DNA from: a bacterium
Lineage (GTDB): Bacteria > Patescibacteriota > Dojkabacteria > SC72 > WJKH01
Assembly (NCBI GenBank): GCA_029547225.1
Contig: JAKPPS010000042.1
Location: 4,459 to 68,458, forward strand
DNA: 64,000 bases
Direction: 5' to 3'
In this document: piece after piece, positions 9,062-16,664 of the stretch
How positions within the stretch are numbered: position 1 is the first letter of the stretch
Layout of the letters: each line of letters opens with the position of its first letter
Program-made: the position numbers and the translations under genes
The notes under the pieces: model-generated
What the model was told of the DNA's origin: nothing
Database searches by the model: none
The model's input: the letters and a program-made list of their open reading frames with translations, nothing else

Positions 9062-9090
9062 ATTATAGTATTGATTGCATCTAAAGTCAA
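9062..9090 (-). promoter_or_regulatory. Sigma70 promoter for the T-box/alaS transcript
   Basis: TTGACT (9090-9085), 17 bp, TATAAT (9067-9062). Confidence 0.8.
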
Positions 9091-9095
9091 AAAAC

Positions 9096-9390
9096 GTTTC
9101 TCATTTTGTTCAGAATAAGGGAGTTGTACTTGGAGTACTTTTCCAAAAATATTTTTATGTTTTCACGCAAAGATCTTGTATCTATGGGTATTTTCATTGT
9201 ATAGCTGACTATAAATAGCGTAATTATATTGATATTACGCACCTTTTGTACTCGTTAAAAAATTAGTTCGAATTGAGAATGAATTCAACTCAAAGCACTC
9301 AACCCAGTTGAAAGAAAGCTGTGGAATACGTATACTTAAGAAAGGGTTGAGGTGGAAAAAGTTAACCATTTTGTCCAACTCCCCCAACCA
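9096..9390 (-). repeat. Tail arm copy 3 ending in core C4 (TCCA-actcccc-CAA-CCA, 9374-9390)
   Basis: Frame 9387-9235 LGELDKMVNFFHLNPFLSIRIPQLSFNWVECFELNSFSIRTNFLTSTKGA*. Confidence 0.9.
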
Positions 9391-9398
9391 CAACTACC

Positions 9399-9430
9399 GG
9401 TTGACACTATATAGTAGTGGTTCGAGCCGT
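9399..9430. repeat. GGTTGAC-N13-GGTTCGAGCCGT box copy 3
   Basis: Same blocks and spacing as copies at 2670, 6614 and 11014. Confidence 0.85.
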
Positions 9431-9480
9431 CATAAATAGGAACTTTGATCGCAAGAAAGTTCAAAAATTTAATAAAAAAT

Positions 9481-10425
9481 ATGGATAATTCAAAATTGAT
9501 TTACATAACAGCGGATGGTTTATATTCAGATATTGACATATATGCTTGCTCAATTGCCTATGCCGAATTGCTTCGTCTTAGAGGTAAAAATGCTATTGCA
9601 GTTGTAAATACGACTTTTACTGAATCTGTCCCTCAGTTTTTATTAGATCTCGACGTTGAATATTTAAATCAGTCAAATATCGACTGGAACAAGGCAGATG
9701 CACTGATCATATTAGATCGTTCTGATAGTGAAGGTCTACAGAAAAATATCAATATATCTAAAGTAATTGAACTATATGATCATCACTTTGGATATGAAGA
9801 ATATTGGTCGAAACTTTTAGGTAGCAGAGCGCATATAGAAAAAGTTGGCTCATGTGCAACACTAATATGGGAGCAGATAAAGCTACACAATCAAGAAAAA
9901 AAGATTTCAAAGAATAGTCTTATATTGTTGTATTTAGCTATTATCTCCAATACACTAAACTTTAAGTCAGGTGTTACAACAGATAGAGACATTCAGGCTT
10001 CCAAAGAAATTAAAATAATCGCGAATATACCAAACGAATTCTCGAGTGATTACTTTAAAAAAGTTTCAACAAGTATAATTAATGCACCTTATGAAGCTAT
10101 GCTAAAGGATGTAAAATTTGTAGTAATTAATGGTAGTCAGCAAATCGCAATTGGTCAATTAGAAATATGGGATGCTAAAGAGATTCAAAATGCCATAATT
10201 CTCAAATTGGAAACATTTCTGCCTAATTTTGAGAATATTCCGTGGTTTGTTACTATAGCCTCTATAAAAGACGGTAAAACAATTCTAATTTCCAAATCGA
10301 CTGAAATGAAGATTATGTTAAATAAAGCTTTAAGTATTAAGTGGGAAGAGGATATATCTTATATATGTTCATCATTGTTACTACGGAAAGAGATTATTAA
10401 AGCATTACAAAAGGTGCATTTTTAA
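9481..10425 (+). CDS. DHH family Mn-dependent inorganic pyrophosphatase/exopolyphosphatase-like protein
   Basis: DID, YDHH, VGSCATL, IISNT and C-terminal LRK motifs; ATG at 9481 preferred over TTG at 9445. Confidence 0.8.
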   Translation: MDNSKLIYITADGLYSDIDIYACSIAYAELLRLRGKNAIAVVNTTFTESVPQFLLDLDVEYLNQSNIDWNKADALIILDRSDSEGLQKNINISKVIELYDHHFGYEEYWSKLLGSRAHIEKVGSCATLIWEQIKLHNQEKKISKNSLILLYLAIISNTLNFKSGVTTDRDIQASKEIKIIANIPNEFSSDYFKKVSTSIINAPYEAMLKDVKFVVINGSQQIAIGQLEIWDAKEIQNAIILKLETFLPNFENIPWFVTIASIKDGKTILISKSTEMKIMLNKALSIKWEEDISYICSSLLLRKEIIKALQKVHF

Positions 10426-10427
10426 TT

Positions 10428-10706
10428 GTTCATGAGTTTGTTCAGAACTTTCTAGTAAATTTTGAAAACAAAGTTGGATTATCACGCAAAACATATTGAT
10501 AATCCATTGTTTTCAATATACTAGTTTTGATTAAATTGTAAAAGATCCTGATATTGCTAGCTTTTCACCACTTCAAGAAACAACTGCTTGTTTGCAAATA
10601 AACGTTTATCGAAATCCTCACTCCAATTGAAAGATAATGCTGGAATGCGTATACTTAAGAAAGGGTTGAGATGGAAAAAGTTAACCATTTTGTTCAGCTC
10701 CCCCAA
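10428..10706 (-). repeat. Tail arm copy 4 ending in core C5 (TTCA-gctcccc-CAA, 10693-10706)
   Basis: Frame 10706-10557 LGELNKMVNFFHLNPFLSIRIPALSFNWSEDFDKRLFANKQLFLEVVKS*; begins 3 bp after the upstream stop codon. Confidence 0.85.
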
Positions 10707-10746
10707 TGGTTCGACAGGCTCACCATTGCAAGGATATAATAGATTT

Positions 10747-11019
10747 ATGCGGACGGTATATATTCTTCTTTGCGATGACAAAACATATTATGTCGGTATA
10801 ACGACTGATTTAAGTAATCGCCTTTTTCAGCATCGAAATGGCGATTCTTTTTATACTAAACGATTTAAACAATTAGATTTAGTGTATCGAGAGGAATTAG
10901 CAAATCAAATAGAAGCTGAAAAAAGAGAGAGGCAGATAAAGAAATGGAGTAGAGCAAAGAATTGTCGAAGGGAGTCCATGTCCCGCAACCAAGGTGTCCT
11001 GTACAAACACTATGGTTGA
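10747..11019 (+). CDS. GIY-YIG nuclease (UPF0213-like), C-terminus apparently disrupted
   Basis: VYILLC..YYVGIT..RLFQH..AEKRERQIKKWSRAK, then runs into core C6 (10975-10991) and lacks the KSLI...LVSLSK end seen in the paralog. Confidence 0.8.
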   Translation: MRTVYILLCDDKTYYVGITTDLSNRLFQHRNGDSFYTKRFKQLDLVYREELANQIEAEKRERQIKKWSRAKNCRRESMSRNQGVLYKHYG

Positions 11020-11045
11020 CCATATATAACAATGGTTCGAGCCGT
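11014..11045. repeat. GGTTGAC-N13-GGTTCGAGCCGT box copy 4
   Basis: Same blocks and spacing as the other three copies. Confidence 0.85.
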
Positions 11046-11128
11046 ATGAAATCAACTTTTTCGCATTTCTAAAATCGGTTCGAGTATATTCGATAGAAAA
11101 AAATCATTATTTCTGATAGTATTTAAGC

Positions 11129-11752
11129 ATGATAAAAAAATTAAACTTTTCAAACGAGTTCTTTGAGGTTTCTTATATTAATGATCAGATAATTGAATCT
11201 ATTGATAATTTTACAATTGTTGTAAATTTATCTAAAAATCCAATTAAAGTTGATTTTGTTAGCGAAATTACCCAGGATAAATCATTTATGCTTCATAAAT
11301 GTAACAAACCGTTAAAAGTGAATGAGTGCCTGCTTGTCAAATACAATTTTGATCCATCAATTGTGAATCTAGATCTACAGAAATTCTGCACTTCCAATTG
11401 GAACAATAACAAAATAAGATATCCAGAGGATCCTTCAAAATGGAATTATGCTATTTTACGCTCTCCTATAGATAAATTAGGCAAGTTTGAATTTAACTGT
11501 TGGTATTTACCAAAAAATACAGCAAGTAGTATTCATAATGAACACTCATTTACAGAAGTACACACACAAATTTACGGTTTAGGTATTATGAATAAATTCT
11601 CAGATAATAATAAGGAGTCGCTTTATCAAAGAATGTATATGGCTCCAGGTTTTACCCACGATTACTTCTTCAATAACGAGATTAAATATCCATGGCACCA
11701 ATATGAAGCAGTAAGCGAATGTATTTGGATGGCTATTTGCAAATACAAATAG
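11129..11752 (+). CDS. Hypothetical protein, possibly cupin-like
   Basis: His-rich IHNEH.F.EVH ... THD ... PWHQY pattern suggests a metal-binding beta-barrel. Confidence 0.55.
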   Translation: MIKKLNFSNEFFEVSYINDQIIESIDNFTIVVNLSKNPIKVDFVSEITQDKSFMLHKCNKPLKVNECLLVKYNFDPSIVNLDLQKFCTSNWNNNKIRYPEDPSKWNYAILRSPIDKLGKFEFNCWYLPKNTASSIHNEHSFTEVHTQIYGLGIMNKFSDNNKESLYQRMYMAPGFTHDYFFNNEIKYPWHQYEAVSECIWMAICKYK

Positions 11753-11761
11753 AAGTAAATT

Positions 11762-12054
11762 GTTCATCATTTTGTTCAGAATGGGTGACCTGAACATGAA
11801 GGTACTTTTCAAAAATAATCCTGTACGTTCACGCAAAACATATTGATAAACCAACATTTCGGCAATGTAACATTTAGCATAAATCGTAAAAGAGCTTGAT
11901 ATTCCTACGTTTTTACGATTTCAAGAAACAATTGCTTATTAGTAAATAATCGTTTGTAAAAATACTCAACCCAGTTGAAAGAAAGCTGTGGAATACGTAT
12001 ACTTGAGAAGGGATTGAGATGGAAAAAGTTCCTGAGTTTGTCCAACTCCCCCAA
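11762..12054 (-). repeat. Tail arm copy 5 ending in core C7 (TCCA-actcccc-CAA, 12041-12054)
   Basis: Frame 12054-11905 LGELDKLRNFFHLNPFSSIRIPQLSFNWVEYFYKRLFTNKQLFLEIVKT*. Confidence 0.9.
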
Positions 12055-12358
12055 TGGTTCGACAGGCTCACCATTGTATTTGTTTTTAAAATTGATAACT
12101 TTATATATTCTTCTTTGCGATAAAACTTACTATTATGTTGGAATAACATCCGATTTAGAAAATCGAGTTTTTCAACATAGTAATAAATTATCATTTTATA
12201 CAAAAAGATTTAATAACATTGAAGTAGTTTATACTGAAAAGTATTTAAATCTTAAAGATGCTGAAAAGAGAGAAATGCAAATAAAGAAATGGAGTAAAGC
12301 AAAGAAGAAGTCTTTGATAGAAGAGAATATATCTGAATTGGTGAGCTTATCGAAGCAT
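12054..12358. mobile_element. GIY-YIG unit bounded by inverted REP-like 20-mers
   Basis: ATGGTTCGACAGGCTCACCA (12054-12073) and TGGTGAGCTTATCGAAGCAT (12339-12358) match 17/20 as inverted repeats; the same left repeat is at 10706-10725. Confidence 0.55.
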
Positions 12359-12364
12359 AGTTAA
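12092..12364 (+). CDS. GIY-YIG nuclease (UPF0213-like)
   Basis: LYILLC..YYYVGIT..RVFQH..AEKREMQIKKWSKAKK; probable TTG start at 12092 by alignment with the paralog. Confidence 0.85.
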   Translation: MITLYILLCDKTYYYVGITSDLENRVFQHSNKLSFYTKRFNNIEVVYTEKYLNLKDAEKREMQIKKWSKAKKKSLIEENISELVSLSKHS

Positions 12365-12538
12365 GCCAAAGAGAGAGCCTTATGAGTTTGCATCGAGCAA
12401 ATCCTGAGTTTCTCTAAGGATCGTCGAGGTGAGTCCAGTTTGGACAATTTTATTATTTTATAAATCTTTCCCAGTTCAGATATAATCCGATTTACTAATA
12501 TATAAGAAAAGTGATTATTAATAATAATAAAAATTTTT

Positions 12539-13075
12539 ATGATACTAAAAATTGATAAAAATCAACTTTCTCAAATAGATATCAAGTGTTTAGAAATTGC
12601 AATAAAAGAAGCACAAAAAAGCTTTTATTTGGGATCATATCCCGTAGGATCAGTATTATTACTCAACGAAACTGAGATATTTTCTGCTGGCAACACAGCT
12701 CAAATAAAAAATAATTTATTTTTCCATGCAGAGAACTCATTGATTGAAAAATATGGATCAAAAATGTATGAATGTTTCAAAAACAAACAATCTATAAAAT
12801 TATATTCAACTTTAGAGCCTTGTCTTATGTGTTTAGGTGCTGCTATTATGAATAAAGTTAACGAAATTTTTTTTGTCCAACACGATCCGCACGCAGGTGC
12901 ATGTAATATTGATATCAAAGCTCTTGGCATTAGATATTCAGAAAATATGCCTATAATCAAACATGTTGCATATTCCGATATCCCTTATAAATTATTGATT
13001 GAATTTTTCAATTCTGAGATATCAAAGGGTAATCCTTGGGGTAAAAAGATGTTGGAGATTTACGAGAAGAGTTAA
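12539..13075 (+). CDS. Nucleoside/tRNA deaminase (TadA/guanine deaminase-like)
   Basis: PVGSV, HAE, STLEPCLMC motifs. Confidence 0.85.
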   Translation: MILKIDKNQLSQIDIKCLEIAIKEAQKSFYLGSYPVGSVLLLNETEIFSAGNTAQIKNNLFFHAENSLIEKYGSKMYECFKNKQSIKLYSTLEPCLMCLGAAIMNKVNEIFFVQHDPHAGACNIDIKALGIRYSENMPIIKHVAYSDIPYKLLIEFFNSEISKGNPWGKKMLEIYEKS

Positions 13076-13099
13076 ATCATAAATCTTCTCCGATAATTC

Positions 13100-14887
13100 T
13101 TACTTTACTGTAACACTTTTTGCAAGATTTCGAGGTTTATCAGGACTATTGCCCAGTTGTATGCCTAAATAATATGAAATTAGCTGGAAGGGAATAATTT
13201 TTGTTAAGCTGTCAATATAATCAGATTTACAAGATGGGATAAAAGTATTAAAAAGCTGATTGTCTTGATCTGAAATGCCGACAACAAAGGCTCCTCTAGC
13301 TTTTACTTGAGCAACTGCGCTCAACATATCTTCTTTATATTCATCATCGCTTATAATTGCAATTACGGGGGTTTCTTTTTCGATAAGAGCAATAACTCCA
13401 TGCTTGAGTTCGCCTGCAGAAAAGCCTTCAAAATGTTTGTAAGTAATCTCTTTTATTTTCAAAGCTCCCTCAAGTGCAATGTAATAATTTTGGCCTTTGC
13501 CAAGTACAAAAAAATGCTCTTTATTAGCGAAATTCTTTGCAATCTCTTTAAATACTTTCTCAGACTTAAAAAATTTTTTCGATCTAAAATAGTTTTCTAA
13601 CATTTCACTTATGCGATAGATTTCGTTGACTGCATCATCATGTTTGCCAACTAAACTCATCGCCAATAAAAAGCCCCAGCTTATCTGTGCAGTGAAAGCT
13701 TTTGTTGATGCGACACATATTTCAGGCCCAGATCTTGAGAGAAATTGATAATCACTAATCCTAGTTATTGTAGAACCTTGCATGTTTACTATGCTTGCAA
13801 TTTTTACACCTTTGTTTTTTGCAATTTCAAGAGCTTCTATTGTGTCAGCAGTTTCTCCACTTTGTGATACAGCAATAATCAGATCTTTGTCACAAAATAT
13901 CTCTTTGTAACTGTCAATATCATAAGATTTTAATTCAGTAACATTGATTTTAGCGATTTTCCGTAGGTAATAAGCAATTTGTCCAGCGGCAAAACCTGCA
14001 GTGCCAGCGCCGACTGTATACACATGATTTGATTTATTTATTGCTTCAATTAAATCATGTAGTTCTTCAATACTGTATTGTACTGCATTTCGGATAGTAT
14101 CTTTCTGCTCAAAAATCTCTTTTATCATGTAATGATCATGTCCTTGTATTTCAATGTCCACATTATCTTGTTCTATTAAGCTTTCTTGATAACTGATTTT
14201 GTTGCCATTATTGACATTATAGATATCTAATTGCTCATTTTCAGTTTTGTAAGCTATCATTTCGTAATTATTGAGGTAGATAACTCGATTTGTATGATTG
14301 CCAAAAGATAATGTATCAGACGCAATAAATATTTCGCCTTGAGCAATGCCGATCACAAGTGGTGAACCGTTTCTTACTGCATATACCTCTTTGCCTGAAG
14401 TAGGAAGTATAATAATTGTATTCCTACCTTTCAGATCAACAAAAGCCTTTTTTATAGCGTCAAAGAGGTTATCAGTGCTCTTTAATTTCTCCTCAATCAA
14501 TCGTACGATTACTTCTGTGTCAGTTTCTGTGATAAATTTGTGATTTTTAGTTATCAATGTATTTTTAAGCTCTTGGTAATTTTCAACTATACCGTTTTGG
14601 GCTACAACAAAAGATTTGTCAGCAGAAAAGTGGGGATGAGCATTTACATTTGAAACACCGCCATGAGTTGCCCATCTTGTATGTCCGATACCAATATTTG
14701 AAAAGGGTAGTTTTTCTAATTCCTCAAAATCACCTATGGCTCCGACCTTTTTGATTACTTCTATACCGTCTTTACTTGCAAGTGCAACCCCCCAAGAATC
14801 ATATCCTCTATATTCTAATCTTTTCAATCCCTCAATTATAACTGAGCCAGCATCCTTTTTCCCTGCATATCCAAATATTCCACACAT
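13100..14887 (-). CDS. glmS: Glutamine--fructose-6-phosphate transaminase
   Basis: MCGI N-terminus, LEYRGYDS, GHTRWATHG, VASTKAFT, PRNLAKSVTV; ATG is the reverse complement of CAT at 14885-14887, so minus strand. Confidence 0.98.
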   Translation of the reverse strand: MCGIFGYAGKKDAGSVIIEGLKRLEYRGYDSWGVALASKDGIEVIKKVGAIGDFEELEKLPFSNIGIGHTRWATHGGVSNVNAHPHFSADKSFVVAQNGIVENYQELKNTLITKNHKFITETDTEVIVRLIEEKLKSTDNLFDAIKKAFVDLKGRNTIIILPTSGKEVYAVRNGSPLVIGIAQGEIFIASDTLSFGNHTNRVIYLNNYEMIAYKTENEQLDIYNVNNGNKISYQESLIEQDNVDIEIQGHDHYMIKEIFEQKDTIRNAVQYSIEELHDLIEAINKSNHVYTVGAGTAGFAAGQIAYYLRKIAKINVTELKSYDIDSYKEIFCDKDLIIAVSQSGETADTIEALEIAKNKGVKIASIVNMQGSTITRISDYQFLSRSGPEICVASTKAFTAQISWGFLLAMSLVGKHDDAVNEIYRISEMLENYFRSKKFFKSEKVFKEIAKNFANKEHFFVLGKGQNYYIALEGALKIKEITYKHFEGFSAGELKHGVIALIEKETPVIAIISDDEYKEDMLSAVAQVKARGAFVVGISDQDNQLFNTFIPSCKSDYIDSLTKIIPFQLISYYLGIQLGNSPDKPRNLAKSVTVK

Positions 14888-15377
14888 AAAGATAATCTTA
14901 ATAATTTATTAAACTATTTATCAACACCTGCTTATACTCCGTTGCATGTTTTGATGTGTAATAATTTTCTATGAACTGCAAAATACCCAGTATAATTATA
15001 CTATGTTAATTAGTAAATAATTGCAAGAAATACAAGAATATTACTAATCTTAATATGATAGGGTTTGATTAGTTTGACAAAATAATTAAATAAAAAAGGA
15101 CTCGTTTCGATTTTTCTGACAAGCGAGATTTTTCCTTTACAATTTTTGCATAAAATAATAAATTTCGTAAATAAAGAGAGAAAATTGTACGCTTGAATTA
15201 ATTATCACAACAAATCAGATTATATAAATTAGAAAATGAATCTTAACAATGTAAGAGAATGAGATAATGAGCTTGCTTTGTATGTTTAGTTCAACTTGTT
15301 TAAAACAAGTTTAAATATCTTTTATTTTTTAGGTTTAAAAATGATATTATACTCTAATTAATTTTTGTTATATATTA

Positions 15378-16151
15378 ATGGAACAATTACTTATATTGTT
15401 AGGTATCTCTGTAGGGATAAATCTTATTATGTTTCTAATCGCTTTTAGATTTAAAACAGATAAGTTAACAGATATCTCTTATGCAGTAACATTTGTTACG
15501 CTGGCGTTTTACGGGTTGATAAGCTCTCATGCTTCAATAACATTGATAATACTCACGAGCATGATATGTATTTGGGCTCTAAGATTAGGTTTATATTTAC
15601 TCCAAAGAATTAGAAGGATAGGTAAAGATAGTCGTTTTGACGATAAGAGGGAGAAATTTTGGTCGTTTTTAGGGTTTTGGTTATTGCAGGGTTTTACTGT
15701 CTGGGTAGTTATGCTACCAAGTAATCTGTATTATGTCAGTGGCGGAAGTCAAATCTCAATATTATCTTTGATTGGAATCTTACTTTGGATTTGTGGATTG
15801 ACTATAGAAGCTATTTCAGATATGCAGAAATATAATTTTATAAATAATGAAAAAAACAAGGGCAAATGGATTGAGCAAGGTCTATGGAAATATTCCCGAC
15901 ATCCAAATTATCTTGGAGAGATTATGGTTTGGCTAGGTATATATATTTTCACATTGACAGGCTTGAATACTGTGCAATCGTTTATCGGTTTAATCAGTCC
16001 AATGTATATTGCAACTTTATTGATTTTTGTTAGCGGTATACCATTGCTAGAAAAATCTGCCGACGAAAGATGGGGTAAAGATCCTAAATATCAAACTTAC
16101 AAAAAACAAACAAGCGTTTTGTTGTTATTGCCAAAGCGTAAAATCAAGTAA
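15378..16151 (+). CDS. DUF1295 / steroid 5-alpha-reductase-like membrane protein
   Basis: Multiple TM segments, DSRFD, GLWKYSRHPNYLGE, SGIPLLE. Confidence 0.9.
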   Translation: MEQLLILLGISVGINLIMFLIAFRFKTDKLTDISYAVTFVTLAFYGLISSHASITLIILTSMICIWALRLGLYLLQRIRRIGKDSRFDDKREKFWSFLGFWLLQGFTVWVVMLPSNLYYVSGGSQISILSLIGILLWICGLTIEAISDMQKYNFINNEKNKGKWIEQGLWKYSRHPNYLGEIMVWLGIYIFTLTGLNTVQSFIGLISPMYIATLLIFVSGIPLLEKSADERWGKDPKYQTYKKQTSVLLLLPKRKIK

Positions 16152-16284
16152 TACTACCAAAATAAATAATACTGATTACGGAAATATTTTACGTAACCAA
16201 ATAATATTGACAACACGAAAAATCTAGAGAGTAATTTAAAATTAGATTTTATAGTAAATATTTTGATTATTCTTCTTAATTTTT

Positions 16285-16336
16285 TGTTTGCCACCATCCG
16301 TTTTACAGAGCACGAAAATTTACCCATGACTACCCA
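16285..16336 (-). repeat. Dispersed 52-bp intergenic motif, type A
   Basis: TGGGTAGTCATGG-N27-TGGTGGCAAAC. Confidence 0.75.
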
Positions 16337-16664
16337 AGTTATAGTTGTTGCCTAAATTGTGTACCCTTACACTTTTGAGGCGTTATAGATATTAAAGTTA
16401 ATATTGTCAAAGATAAATTTGTCTTTGGCCAGTAAAGAGAACAGGATTAAATGTGATATTTGTGATAGCGCTCAGCGCTTAAGTAAAAGCGCATGGATTG
16501 TAATGGTAGCGGGTGAATTTCCTGAATGGGCATGGTTATATAAAATTGTAGCTATACGCGAAACTGAAAAGTCCATTTCTTCATTAAATTTTTACAATTT
16601 TAAATAGTTGGTACATTATCGCTAAATATTCTATAATGGTGTTATTAAATTGTTGAATAATATT

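Noticed and set aside
10588..12091. N-terminal extensions of the GIY-YIG ORFs (starts at 10588 and 11975)
   Set aside because: They are the antisense reading of the tail arm and hairpin; GIY-YIG similarity starts at 10747 and about 12092
2481..12447. CRISPR array or classical integron attC array as the explanation for the repeats
   Set aside because: Spacing is 0.1-3.8 kb with whole genes in between, and no cas or intI gene is present. Cores lack the RYYYAAC...GTTRRRY inverted ends and long palindrome of attC.
14888..15010. glmS ribozyme upstream of glmS
   Set aside because: The conserved AGCGCC...GACGAGG core is not visible on the minus strand
16404..16607. 67-aa ORF with CDIC motif
   Set aside because: TTG start, no recognisable family; cannot be distinguished from a chance ORF
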